NCBI RefSeq assembly: GCF_036321535.1
Contig: NC_087472.1
Location: 99,016,001-99,080,000, forward strand
DNA: 64,000 nt
Direction of reading: 5' to 3'
Source: Camelus dromedarius
Lineage: Eukaryota
Each line of letters begins with the position of its first letter. Within the stretch, counting starts at the first letter, position 1. Under the pieces are notes generated by a model. It did not search any database. It worked only from the letters and a program-made list of their open reading frames with translations, and was not told the DNA's origin. The position numbers and the translations under genes are program-made. Shown here piece by piece: positions 11,201-23,722 of the stretch.

Positions 11201-13604
11201 AGGGCTTCAAATGGCCATTTAACTTTGAGTAGAAGCACAAACAGGAGTTGACCTGTAAGGGCTAGAGAACACATGTGTTGCATGTCCCCCTTCTGCTGGA
11301 CAGATCCAAAGGTAGGAATATTTTAGTGTAGTGTATAACTTTTTTTCTAAGCAAGACCAACAGTGGACTTTCTTTTGTAGAACAAAGTCATAGGGTATAA
11401 TGAAAGGGGCACATTTTTTGGAATTAGAAACATGCAACTTTAGATACTGCTTCTATGACTGTATTGCAATGTGGGGCTCTGTTCTCCTAAGTGTAGAAGA
11501 AGGATAAAGCCAGCTGGAGGAGGTTGCTTTAAGAATTAAGTGAGATGTTTGTAAAAGCACCTAGCTCAGAGTAAGTGCTTAATTCTCTCTGGTCCTTTCA
11601 CCTTTAGTGATATAATTTTCATTGAATTTAAGTGGGGTTTACAAGGAGTCCAAAGCTGTTTTCTCAAGGAACATATCAGTTTCATAGTGAATATTGAGGA
11701 AAAATAGGAATGCATTAATTTCTATTGTAATGTTTCAGGAGGTCTTACCAACCATTAAGCAGAGAGATGCCATCAACATAAAAAAATTAATCCATAAAAA
11801 CTGACATCCTCATACATACCAAATCCATTGATTATAAAGATCAACAAATGTATATTGGTTTTACTCTTTTTTTGGCTTTGGAATGACTATAGAATGATAT
11901 TGGCCATAAGATGATTGATACCTAATAAAGATGATTTAAAATATGGAAAATACAGAGTCAAAAGAAGGCCAACCTCATTATATATATATTTTTTTCTACT
12001 ACAAGAGAAGAAGATGCATGGGTAATACTAGAGATGGGTTATCATGAAAGTGTGTATTTTAGCATCTTTATATACAATGTATACTTCCCTGTTGTAAAAA
12101 GCTGGCTTGTTGATTCAAGAAGCTCAGTCAGTTTGGTACCCTGCAAGATTACTTTTTTCTTGATATAAATGGAATAAATATCCTCAAATTCTTCCATTGA
12201 GGTATGTGCTCCAACAAGTGTTTCCTGAGCATTCCCAAAGGCTCTAAAGAACTCATACAGAGAGGAGCATTTTCCCAGGAGGTGGCATGTCACCTTCTCC
12301 TCAACACAGAAGCCTCTTTGTTTTCTTTACTTTCCTCTCACTCACATCTTACATTTCTCTTCATCTTACCACTATTCCTACATCATTTTAACAGTTCCTG
12401 CTTCTCTCTCTTCTAACCATCTGATCCTTTTTTCCCTATTTGGTATACCAGCTTTGGAATAAGGGCTTGAAGACAATGCCTGCCGGCACTCACATGCTTC
12501 ACCGAGGTCCCCAGGGACAGCTGAAGAGCCAGCTCTACATCTGACAGAATTGATGTGGAGAGCTGAAAAAGCTGAGTTGTCCCTGGGGCATTGGTGTATA
12601 GGGGAAGGAAGGCTTTTTCAGGGCCCTTTGAGCCAAGAATGTGATCAGGAAGGGAGCTGCCCATGGTTCTGAGTGGTCCCACTAAGGATGTACCGAATAA
12701 AAAAGGTCCATGAGCAGTGCCTTGAGGAGGAGATAGAGGTGATCAAAGCAAACCTCCTTTGACTACAATTTCAGACTTACCACACTGCTTCTCTGTTAGT
12801 GGTGCTATTCTCTTGTTTCCTTTGCCCTCCCCATGCAGAAACCTACAAAACCAGGACACCAGCTAAAGAAGCCCAGTGACCTCACTTCCTAGAGGCCAAT
12901 GTCCCACAGTAGCCATGGATAATGGAAAGAAAGACTTGATACAGAGATTCAGTCCCTATTTCAGGAATAACTTTTAGGATGGGTCTAGCTATCCTTTGCC
13001 TAAAAGCTTTTAAAGGATTAAAAATGTCCAAAAGCAAGCTTGAGGGCAAAATGTACAAATAAGTAATATTGTTTATTGGACCTGTTACCTTTTAGAGAAT
13101 TTGTGACCATTTAAGGAATGGGAAAACCCCCAAACATTTTTTTTTTCTGTAAACATCTCTTCTCTTCTGCAGCTCTGAAGCATGTGTGTTTGAGGGGGAT
13201 TTTAAAATTCATGTCTTGGATTTATGTCTCTGATTACACATAATTCATCAAGATCTTGCTCTTCACGAGCTATTTAATACTCAGGAAATCATTTAAGTCA
13301 TTTTAGGATCTTCCTAAAATCCAACAGGAAGTTGTGTTTACAAAGGACACACAAACCTGAAACATTTGCACATTTCATTTGAATCCAAATGCAGAAGCCA
13401 TAAGTACTTTGGAATGGGAGAGAAATTCAGCCTATCTTTTCTTTGTCAATAAGAAAGGTCTGATTCCAGGTCATCCAAAAATGCTTCCTGATAATCCCAC
13501 CTGGACATGATGTATGGACTCTTATGTTATACATCATTCATTGTCTAAGGTCTCATGTTGTAATCATCTGTGTTTGCGTATATCTTCTGTTTTTAATGGA
13601 GATG

Positions 13605-13745
13605 TCTGACCTAAGAGGAAGAAAACTAGATATAAGCTCAGGTAACCAAGGTTCAAGTCCTGATTTTCACAGCTGTGTGGCCATGAACAAATCACTTAAC
13701 ATCACAGAGCCCCATTTATTCTACATACTTTATAAATTTTGAACA
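13605..13745 (+). mobile_element. MIR SINE
   Basis: GGTTCAAGTCCTGATTTTCACAGCTGTGTGGCCATGAACAAATCACTTAAC. Confidence 0.75.
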
Positions 13746-15199
13746 CATCAAAAGTGACAATGAGCCTAAACATATTCTGTTGTCCCTTAAATGAGAATTG
13801 CCATCTACTATTTAATCTGTACAGTTTTTAATTGTTTATACTTATTGTTTCAACAAGAATTTTTCAAGATTCACTACCGAAATATTGTGGGAAAAGAATA
13901 TGGAAATGTGGGAAAAGAGTGGAGAAGTTTTATTTTCAACGGACATTTCTTTTTCTGCCAAAGTGGAATGTCTTCATCATAACAATTATGTGCTGTTACA
14001 TACCCTGGGGGGCTATTTCTAGGTAGAGAAAGGGAAAAGCTAGCAAGTCCTGGAAAGCTAATTTTTATAAGTGTCTCCAGATTTAGCCTAGTTTATGGTG
14101 AGTTGGTTTAAACTATTGTATTTTTCAAAGACTACTAATTTTTTGCTTAAAGAATATATTACTTGTAATATATAATACAGTATATAATTGTAAAAGAGAT
14201 ATTGTAAAATATAATTTTGATTTTTAGATCTTATTTTGTTTAAAATTTTAGGTGCCAACATATTTCAGAAATAAGTAAGTCACTTGCATTTTTCTGCTTC
14301 TCACAAAAGAGGAAGTAAATGTGTTTACCACCACATGTGATCCCCTAGGAGGGTGCATTTTATTCTGAATGTCAAATTTTAAGTGGAGGAATAACAGGGT
14401 GCAGACATACTGAAAACACTCTCTCGGTAGCTGATGTTTTTCCCTCCAGTGGGTGATGAAAATCAAATCCCCAAACTGCTACTTCTGGGCTTTTTACTAA
14501 TTAACTTGACATCTGTGGTGAAGCGGAACATAGACTAACCTTGTTCATTCCCAGCCCCACAATTAAACTGCTGGTAGTTCAGGTCAGAAGCTTATCTCTG
14601 GAAATTTGAGAGTAAAATAATTTCAAATTGACAGAAAGTGTAAAACAACTTCTTTAACATTTTTACCAAAATATTCAGGAAAAGGAAGGGCTTTCAGGTG
14701 GAGTAAAAGCTGTACTCGTCAATCCACCATGATTCATTACTCTGTCTACTGTGATTTTTCTCCATCTATGGATGACAGAATCACAGAATCCATGTAAACA
14801 GGATCATTCTTGTAAAAACAGCTCCTGTTATAGAGCAGGGATGAGTGGAGTAATGCTGTGACTGGGATGTGATATAAATAGAGATGGGGGTGGGAAAACC
14901 AAGTGGGCAGAAAGTTTCTTGGAAGATCTAGGGAGGAAAACATGATTCTTTAGGAAAAAAATTAAAGAATAATATAGCAAAACATGTTTACTGAAAAGAA
15001 AAAGTGTTAAATTTCCCTCATTTACGCTACTATCAGAAAATGTCTGGTGACCTAAGTGTGTCAGTAGCATAGAGTCCATGCAGACAAAGCTATCGGCTTA
15101 TCTGTGGCTTACCAGAAAGAAGGAAGTGAAAAGATTATGGTGGGGAAAACTGGAGGCAGACTACAGTTATGTACAAATAAGAATACAGATGAAACAGAA

Positions 15200-16012
15200 G
15201 CATTGATGGGCAAAAGGACATGATGGCTTGGATTTTCTTTAAAATACTTTTTCAAAAAAATTTTAATTGTGGGACCAAAATAAGTTACTTATACAAACAA
15301 CATGGATAAATCTCAGAAACATCGTGTTGAGGGAAGCCTTACACAAAAAGCACATTCTATAGATCCCATTTATATGACGAAAAAGGCAAAACTAAGGTGA
15401 AAAATGTCAGAACAGTGGTTATCTCTTGGAGTCAGGGTGGAGGCATGAATTGACTGGGAAGGGGCATGAGGGAATTTTCTAGGGTGATGGTTATGTTCTA
15501 TGTCTTAATAGCAGTTTGGGCTACACAGGTGTATGCTATGCATGCATCAGAACTCATCAAATTGTACACAAGATTTGTGAATTTCACTCTATATAAAATT
15601 TACTTCAAAATAAGGAACAAATGCTGAGCTCTATTACTAATATGCTTGCTGAAGTGTTTGGGGGCAATATACTGATGTCTGCAGCTTACATGGAAGTAAA
15701 TAAAAATATAAGAGATTGGTGGATGGATAGATGAAGACATGGATAGATATGTTATAAAACAAGTATAGGAAAAGATTAATTGTAGAATTTAGATGGTGGA
15801 TATATGAGGGTTCATTTTATAATTTTTCAAATTTTCTCTATATTTGAAAATTTGTATAATAAAATGTTGGGAAAAGTGAGAGCTGGGAGAGAGGAAACAA
15901 AATTGGCAAAAATGTGAATAACTAGTGCATCAAGGGGATAGTTAATAGATTCATCGTACCCTTCTCTCTACTTTCTATATGTTTCAAATTTTCCATAATA
16001 AAAAGTTAAAAA
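15200..16012 (+). mobile_element. L1MC/L1ME 3' UTR fragments
   Basis: ACAACATGGATAAATCTCAGAAACAT...GGGGCATGAGGGAATTTTCTAGGGTGATGG...AATTTTCCATAATAAAAAG. Confidence 0.8.
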
Positions 16013-16023
16013 GGGATTCATAC

Positions 16024-16511
16024 TGTTGGGGAGGAAAATTTTTTCCTCTACTTTTCTAAATTCTTCTGGCCAGTCTAAGAATTAAATTCGCAAGAGACAG
16101 ATTAACAGGGGGGAAAAAAAACAAATGTAATTACGTATCCATAAGAATATGAAGCCCCCAGGCACTCAAGCTGTTGCAGCTTCTATGCCATCCAGAGCTA
16201 AAGAGAAGGGGGTAGTGGTTTGGGATTTCAAAGGGGAGGAAGGCAATTCACTGGGAGTTGGGAAGAGCAAATGTTTGGTAAACAAATGTTTGTCATAGCA
16301 TGCAAAGAAGTCTTTCTGATGTAAAAAGAAGTCATCTTTGGTAATAGCTCTCTTCTCAGGTACTGGCTCCCTATTTAAATTCTTTTAGGTACTTAAGCAG
16401 AAGGTAAAAAGAAAAACTACCGGAGTCTTATGTTTCTCACAGATAACTAGCCCGAAACAATCCTTATGGCAAAGAGACACATTTTGGGAAGGCAAATTTT
16501 GCTCCTTTACA
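16024..16511 (-). mobile_element. ERV1 solo LTR, MER34/LTR39-like
   Basis: TG...CA termini; candidate 4-bp TSD ATAC/ATAT; shares TTCCTCTACT...AGATTAACAGG motifs with the 7331-7816 LTR. Confidence 0.8.
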
Positions 16512-18129
16512 ATATGAAGAAATTATCTAAATTGAATATAGAATTGGACTTAAGTCATGTAATTATGAAAATGTATTTTCTCTGTATTTAATAACAGTAT
16601 CCAATTTTGCCGTAAAATAAAAGGGAAATGGAGAGAAGTGGATTCAGATAAGAATCTAAGGAAATTAGAAGAGAGGGTCCTGAACTAAAAATTCCATCTC
16701 TATCAAAGTATGGTCATTTTTATAAATCACTTCTCTTCACCTAAGTTAAACTCAACTCTATCTTGATCCCTGCCTACAAAAAGGGAATCTACCTCTATAG
16801 CGTGAGGAGCAGAAAAGATCATCGTGAAGAATGCAGAGTTGAAAAAACATGAAAGAACATAGTGGGCACTGCAGCCAACATTTAGCCTCCGACAGTTTTC
16901 CCGCATCCTCTCCACTCCCTAGCTTGGCTTTCTCTCTTTCCCTAATGTTCAGGTAACATATAAGTATGCTAGTGAATTGACTGATTTCACAAATCCTAAT
17001 TCTACTAACTGGCCCTGATACAGCTCCTTCTATGCTATAGATCCTCGTTCCAAATCCTCCCTTAGCTCAATATTGCCTTCTCAACTGATTCCTCAAGAAA
17101 TACTTTCACAAAACTACTATTAAGATTATATCCTCATTTAAAAAATATAGAACCAGTATTAAAAAAGGCGGATGAAGAAAGTCTCTGTCATTGTTGTAGA
17201 ATTGCTATTGAAGCTACTGTACATTATATCGTCCAGTTCCCAACTCATATGTTCAGTTTCTCCCAGAGTTTTGAGCTATGGTTGATCCCTATTGGTGATT
17301 TTGGGTATCCCCTTTTGTTAGATAGTTGTGTAACTCTCATATTTCCCTTTTTACCTTGGCTTCCAGGAAGTTTAGAGCTACTTGATTCATTAAATAGTAG
17401 CCTCCTTTGGCTCCATTTTCTGTTCTAATTATTGCACTCTTGTCTTTCCCATCTCCATCCCAACCTTTGTTCCCATTGCTTGGAACTTACCCTCTAATAA
17501 TTATATATCTGTTGGATTTATAGTATCTAAGTTTTGGTAAACTGCTCTAGGTTTGGAAGTAGCTAGAGAATACATAATACTTTTATGAAACCTCCAGTAC
17601 TGTCAATAAGTGATGTTACTCTAGCTCAAATTTTATTGCAGTGATATCTAAGCATATTGCAAAAAAAGGGATAGGTTTAGCTGATATTTTGAGAAAACCA
17701 AGTTTTTCGTTATGTTAGGAAGCCATCAGGAAGCAAATAAGAGGAAAATTTGCACAGGTTAGAGTGATTTTAATAAAACAAAAAACCTTCAGGCCAACTT
17801 CCAACATGCCATATTGTCCATCCATTCCCTTGAATGTATGTGTGTTCTCAGCTTCTCATCACAATGGTCAGACTGATCACTGATGTGGAAACAGATCTCA
17901 TTCCTCTCAACTGGCTTTTGTCAGACAGAGAATGAATCTAGGTCATCTCTCTTGGAGATAGTGCTGTATCTCTATGGATTAGAGAGAAGAAGCCCAACAG
18001 TAGGACAGAAAAAAATTCAGCTATCAAAGTTAAGCTAAGTATTTTTTAACGTCATTACAATTTTGTGTGTATTCCTTAAAAGATGAGAAAGAAAGATTCC
18101 TCTAACACAGTTCACCTGGAATAATTCAT

Positions 18130-19180
18130 TCTTCCTAAGCACATAATCACTTGATGCTATGATTGACCCACTGATTAAATATTTAGAAACTGAAAAAAAA
18201 AGTTAAGACACATAAAAGCACAGAAGAAAGTGGCTGAATAATTATCTGATCTTGGAATAAAGAAAAGTATTTCTAACTGGAAAGTCACCTAAAAAATTAA
18301 GTAGAAATTGCAATAGATATGTCTGCATAGCAATGTAAGACTTCTGCTTATCAGAATTAGAAATCAAACAATAAGTTGGTACCATTATATGCAAGAAATG
18401 TGAGACAAAAATTAAAATCCTTAATCTACAAAGAACTCACAGGAATTAAAATGCTTTCAATAAATGAAGGCACTGACACAATCAGAAAGTTTTTCTAATA
18501 TAAAAATAAAAATTAGTAATACATACCTAAAACACTAGTCAACACTACTGGCAATAAAAATGCAAAATAAAGCAATACATTTTTTATATCTGTCAAAATA
18601 GCTTTTAAACAAGCATATACTTAATACCAGTGAAAGTGCATTGAAAGAAGCTCTTTCATTCATTGCAGCCAGGAGTAGAGACTGATGCCATCTTTGGAGG
18701 AGAATTTGATATATTTCAAGAGCCAGAAAAATATTAATTCATTGTTCCCTGATGAGTTTAATTCTAGGCATATATCCTAATAAAATAACCAGAAACATGA
18801 ACATATGTACAGAGATTTATGTACAATAACGTTTGTTGATGTAGTATTTATCAGTTTGCAATGGAAGAGGAACTAAAATATAAATCATTTTATTGGATTA
18901 TAAAACTAAAGTCAATAAGAACTATGGACAGAATGGAATATTACATAGCTATTTAAATTATTTTGCAGAAAAAAATTTTGAGGGAAAATTGCTATTAAAT
19001 GTGTTTTATGGAAAAAGCATATTAAGCGTTATGAAAGATTTTAAAACTATGCAAAATTATGTTTAAAACATGGAAAGAAATATGCTAAAATGTTGACTAT
19101 CTCTGGAAAACAGAATCATGAGTGACTATTACATTGTTCTTTATATTTTTCTGGGAATGTAATAATTTCATTATCCAGAA
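18130..19180 (+). mobile_element. Old L1 (L1ME-type) ORF2 end and 3' UTR
   Basis: Heavily diverged L1 motifs (AATCCTTAATCTACAAAGAACTC, AATTCTAGGCATATATCCTAA, AATGGAATATTACATAGCTATT). Confidence 0.75.
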
Positions 19181-19219
19181 AGTACTACTGAAAGCTCTGG
19201 AAGAGCCCCTCTGTTTTCT

Positions 19220-19897
19220 TTTATTTATTTATTTATTTAAATGGAAGTACAGTCAGTTTCAATGTGTCAATTTCTGGTGTACAGCGTAATGTCCCAGTCA
19301 TGCATATACATGCATATATTCTTTTTCATTAAAGGTTATTATAGGATATTGAATATAATTTCCTGTGCTATACAGAAGACATTTTTAAAAATCTATTTTT
19401 ATATATAGTGGTTAACATTTGTAAATCTCAAACTCCCAAATTTATCCTTTCCCACCACCTTTCCCTGGTAACCATAAGGTTGTTTACTATGTCTGTGAGT
19501 CTGTTTCTGTTTTGTAGATGAGTTCATTAGTGTCCTCTTTTTCTCTTTTTTTAGATTCCACATATGAGTGATATCATATGGTATTTTTCTTTCTCTTTCT
19601 GCCTTACTTCACTTAGAATGACGATCTCTAGGTCCATCCATGTTGCTGCAAATGGCATTATTTCCTTCTTTTTTATGGCTGAGTAGTATTGCATTGTATA
19701 AATATACCACAACTTCTTTATCCAGTCATCTGTCAATGGACATTTAGGTTGTTTGCATGTCTTGGCTATTGTATATAGTGCTGCTATAAACATTGAGGTG
19801 CATGTATCTTTTTGAATTAAGGTTCCTTCTGGATATATACCCAAGAGTGGGGTTGCTGGATCATGTGGTAAGTCTATTTTTAGTTTTTTGAGGAATC
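19220..19897 (-). mobile_element. Young 5'-truncated lineage-specific L1 (ORF2 C-terminus plus 3' UTR)
   Basis: Open frame LKKLKIDLPHDPATPLLGIYP...MPFAATWMDLEIVILSEV; (TTTA)n tail; perfect 14-bp TSD CCCCTCTGTTTTCT at 19206-19219 and 19898-19911. Confidence 0.95.
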
Positions 19898-20327
19898 CCC
19901 CTCTGTTTTCTATCTTTAACTTGTCCTTCAATCATAAGAAAAATTCTATTTCTCTTTGAGCTAGGACTTGCTACTTTAACAGAAATAAATCATGCATTTC
20001 TCATATTTCTACTGCCCTCATTGTACTGTGATTTACACAAGGGAAAGGTCCTCTTAATCCCTATCTCTTCAATATGAATTTCCAATTTAGGAAGTCAAAT
20101 TGGATTCTGAGAGGGTAGAAAAAGCACAGTAATAAAGCTAATACAGAATTGTTCTAGAAACTCACAGAAGAATAAAATGCTATCAGAAATAAAATATTGA
20201 TATAAAACATTTCAAGAAGAAAAATGGCATTTTTTGCTTTATAAATTTGAGTTCTGAAGCTAAACAGGCTCTTTATTTTCACTTAAGCACATGACTTGTA
20301 ATTATAATATGGTGGTATTTTGGCCAA

Positions 20328-20811
20328 TCACTTAGCTATTGCTGTGTAACAAACCACCATAAAACAAAAATGATTTAGAAAAACCACCATTTAGTTAGCT
20401 CACAATTGGCAAATTGGGCTGGGCTCAGCTGAAGGATGCTTCCAGTCTCAGCTGGGCTTACTCACGTGTCTGTAGTCAGCTACCGTGTAGCCTGAGGAGG
20501 GCTGGTCTAGGATGGCCTGAGCGGGGATGGCTTGTCTCTGTTCCATGTAGTCTCTCATCCTCCAGCAGGGTAGCCCAGGTTTGTTCTTATGTTGCAGACT
20601 GAAGTCCAGGAGGAAAAGCAGAAGCAAGACCATTTGTGGTCCAGGCTCATAACAGAGACAGTGTCATTTCTGCCTCATCGCAGTGGCAGGCAATCCCAAG
20701 ACTAGCTCAGACTCAGAAGGAGAGGAAGCAGACTCCATATTTTGATAGGAAGAGCTGAAAAATCTTGCTTCCAGAAGAGTGAAGAATTGTGTCCTTTTAC
20801 AATTCACCACA
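20328..20811 (-). mobile_element. MaLR LTR (MLT1H/I-type)
   Basis: TTAGCTATTGCTGTGTAACAAACCACC...GGGCTGGGCTCAGCTG...AATTCACCACA. Confidence 0.85.
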
Positions 20812-21315
20812 TTAGGTTATGGCATTAGGCCTAAACAACCCATTTTACTCATAAGTATTATTAACTAATTTAAAAAAAATCTGACAGCTAGGAAACAGTT
20901 TTTCCCTACAATCCATGGCAAAAACCAGGAGCAGGTACCTTCCTAAATTTCAGCTAGGCCATCACATACAACTGAAGCATTAAGTGTTTCCTGCTAAACT
21001 CCATTCTTCTTTGCAAATCTGATTTCCTTTTTTTAAAAACAGGAATTGGAAAACCTTTCCTTTATTTTGTTTTATAATTGCATTTAATTTTTTATCAAAG
21101 TAGTTATTTGCACATGGTTTGAAAAGTCAAGCAGTATTTAGAAGATTTTAACAAAAAAGACTACTATCTTATTTCTAACCTGTCCTGACCAACAAACACA
21201 CAAGGCAGCCACATTTCTTAGAGGCAACCTCTTTACACTGTTCTTGCTGTTTTTTCTCCTTTGGATATAGTGTATATGTAATTTTTAAAATTCATCCATG
21301 TTAGACATTTGATAA

Positions 21316-21821
21316 AGTGGCAGGCAAAATAACAGACTCACAAAGGTGTCCGTGTCCTAATTCTTGGAGCCTGTAAATGCGTTACCTTACATGGTAAAAG
21401 GGACTTTGCAGATGTGATTAAGGTTAAGGACTTTGAGATAGGGAGATTATCCTGAATTATCTAGGTGGGCCCAGTCTAATCACATGTGTCCTTAAACGAA
21501 AGCAGGAGAGAGTATCAGAGATAGGAACATAAGAAAGGCCACCTCCTCCCTACTTCCTATCCCTCACCCTCCCCTGCGAATAGCTGGCTTTGAAGATAAA
21601 GAAATGGAGCCATGAGCCAAGGAATATGGAAACCTCTAGGAGGTGGGAACAGCTGTAAACTCTCAACCAGTAAGAAAACAGGGACCTTGGTTATACAACT
21701 GCAGAAAACTGAATAATGCCAATAACCCAAATGAGCAGGAAATGGATTTTTCCCTAGAGCCTCCAGAAAGAAATGCACTCTGCTAATACCTGATTTTAGC
21801 TCAGTGAGACCCATACTGGAC
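21316..21821 (+). mobile_element. MaLR LTR (MLT1D-like), 3'-truncated
   Basis: GTTACCTTACATGGTAAAAGGGACTTTGCAGATGTGATTAAGGTTAAGGAC...CTCAGTGAGACCCAT. Confidence 0.88.
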
Positions 21822-22590
21822 AGATCCCAAGCAAGTTAAGGCCCACTGGGGTTATGGTCCCTATCTTCCAGACACACTGAGGTGAGAGGCCCCCAAGATT
21901 CCCCAGTGGCCCTACTCCCAAGTTTTGTTGGGTACATGTGCCAGTCATGGGTTGGAGTCCTGTGCCTATGTTTGCAATCGCACAGGTAACTGTATAGGTT
22001 TGGGGTCTGGATGTGGCCTCACTCACAAAGCTCCACTGGGCATTGCCCTGGTGGCGGCTCACTGTGGTAGCCCTGCCCCAGCAGTGGCCCTCTGCCAGTG
22101 TTGTGCACCTGCAACCCTGTGTGGCCTCATCCTTTGAAATCTAGGTTGAGAAAGCCACACCCCTAGGCTTGGCTGGGCACAGTGAAAGCTACACCTAGAA
22201 TGGTTGAGAAGTATGGTGCCGCAATTCAGGGGAGCTGAGCCACCTAGCAGAGGCAGTCCCTTCTTTGAAATCATTCTGCCCTGCAGGCTATTGTACTAAA
22301 GGCCTGTGATGGGAGGGGTAGCCCCTTATCTCTGAAATGCCCTGGAGGGGGCCATTCTTCCTTTTTTTTTTTTAGACAATAGGTTTTGGCTTCTGTTTAG
22401 ATAGCCAGTCAATCTCCCCATTGTTTTGACTAACAGCTCTTAGCTTCCATTGAAAGGGTCAATCCATACCAATCCCCTCATCAAATTCAGTAAGCCCTTC
22501 CTGTGCTCTCTGAACAAGCTTTCTTATTTCTTTCAATATGGATAGGTTGAGAATTTTCCAAATTGCCAAAGCCTACTTCTTTTTTAAAAA
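21822..22590 (-). mobile_element. MaLR internal sequence (MLT1-int)
   Basis: GCTCCACTGGGCATTGCCCTGGTGGCGGCTCACTGTGG, CATCCTTTGAAATCTAGGTTGAGAAAGCCA, GGCCTGTGATGGGAGGGG. Confidence 0.8.
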
Positions 22591-22594
22591 TTAA

Positions 22595-22965
22595 AAAAAA
22601 AATTTTAAATTGAAGTATAGTCAGTTACAATGTGTCAATTTCTGGTATACAGCATAGTGTTTTAGTCATACATATCCATACATACATTCGTTTTCATATT
22701 CTTTTTCATTATAGGTTACTACAAGATATTAAATATAGTACCCCGTGCAATACAGAAGAAACTTGTTGTTTATCTCTTTTATATATAGTAGTTAATATTT
22801 GCCAATCTTGAACTCCCAATTTATCCCTTCCCACCCCCTTTCCTCCTGGTAACCATAAGTTTGTTTACTGTGTCTGTGAGTCTGTTTCTGTTTTGTAGAT
22901 AAAGTTCATTAGTGTCTTCTTTTTTCTTTCTTTTTTTCTTTTTAGATTCTACATATGAGTGATAT
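22595..22965 (-). mobile_element. Young 5'-truncated L1 3' UTR
   Basis: ATTGAAGTATAGTCAGTTACAATGTGTCAATTTCTGG...GGTAACCATAAGTTTGTTTACT...CATATGAGTGATAT; close match to 19240-19575. Confidence 0.93.
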
Positions 22966-23057
22966 GTGGTAACCAGGTACACCTATTTTATTTTCCATCT
23001 ATGGTTCGATCGTCCTCTAAGACTATCTCAGTCTTGGCCGCTCATGGGCTGCACATT

Positions 23058-23718
23058 TGTTGCTGATAGTTGTAACTGGTGTCCAGGGTTCTTGTCCCGT
23101 CCCAGAAAGAATTCAGAGACAAGATGCAGAGGTTAAGAAAGTAAAGTGAGGATTTATTAAGTGATACATAGTACACTCTCAAGGGGACAGCAGTCCGTTA
23201 GGCTCAGGTGAGCAGCTGCCCAGAGTTTCTTTGGCAAGTTGGTTACATAGAGTGTAAAAATGAATGGGTGGAATATTCATTGGGGAGGGAAAGGTTTGGG
23301 GTTATATTCCCCGATTTTAATCCCAACTCCACCTTCCCGAAGGGAGGAGGGATTTTTGTCCTTATTTAATCTAGACCGGAAGTGTCATGGCGTCGGTGCA
23401 TGATGGGTGTTTTACTGCAAGGCTAATTTTATTGAAATAAGGGCATAATGAGCAAAAGGTTACATTTGGACTCTGGAGATACCTGCCTTTTCCCACCTTT
23501 CTTTGTTTGCCTCCAGGCCACTCATCACCCCAAAAGGTATGACCACTTATCAGCCCAGAGGTTCCTGCTTTTCTTTGTCTGCCCAGGGACCCCTGGTGCT
23601 TACGTGATATATGGTTTCCTGCATTTGGCCTGTGCCCCTCCTTTCTGCCCAGTTCCTGCCATTTGGTCTGTGTCTCCCTTTCTCTGCTCCTATCTAGCAC
23701 TATCTGCCTGCTCTAACA
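23058..23718 (-). mobile_element. Young ERV1-class solo LTR (661 bp)
   Basis: TGTT...AACA inverted termini; perfect 4-bp TSD CATT (23054-23057 and 23719-23722); minus-strand AATAAA near 23155; several CpGs retained. Confidence 0.88.
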
Positions 23719-23722
23719 CATT

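Noticed and set aside
7331..16511. Two related MER34-like LTRs in the same orientation ~8.2 kb apart, suggestive of a full provirus
   Set aside because: The LTRs differ substantially. The interval holds L2, MIR, L1 and unique DNA with no gag/pol/env. The first LTR interrupts an L2 and the second has its own candidate TSD, so they are independent solo LTRs.
19551..19931. 126-aa ORF as a host gene
   Set aside because: It is the L1 ORF2 C-terminus of a truncated insertion; the N-terminal residues come from flanking DNA.
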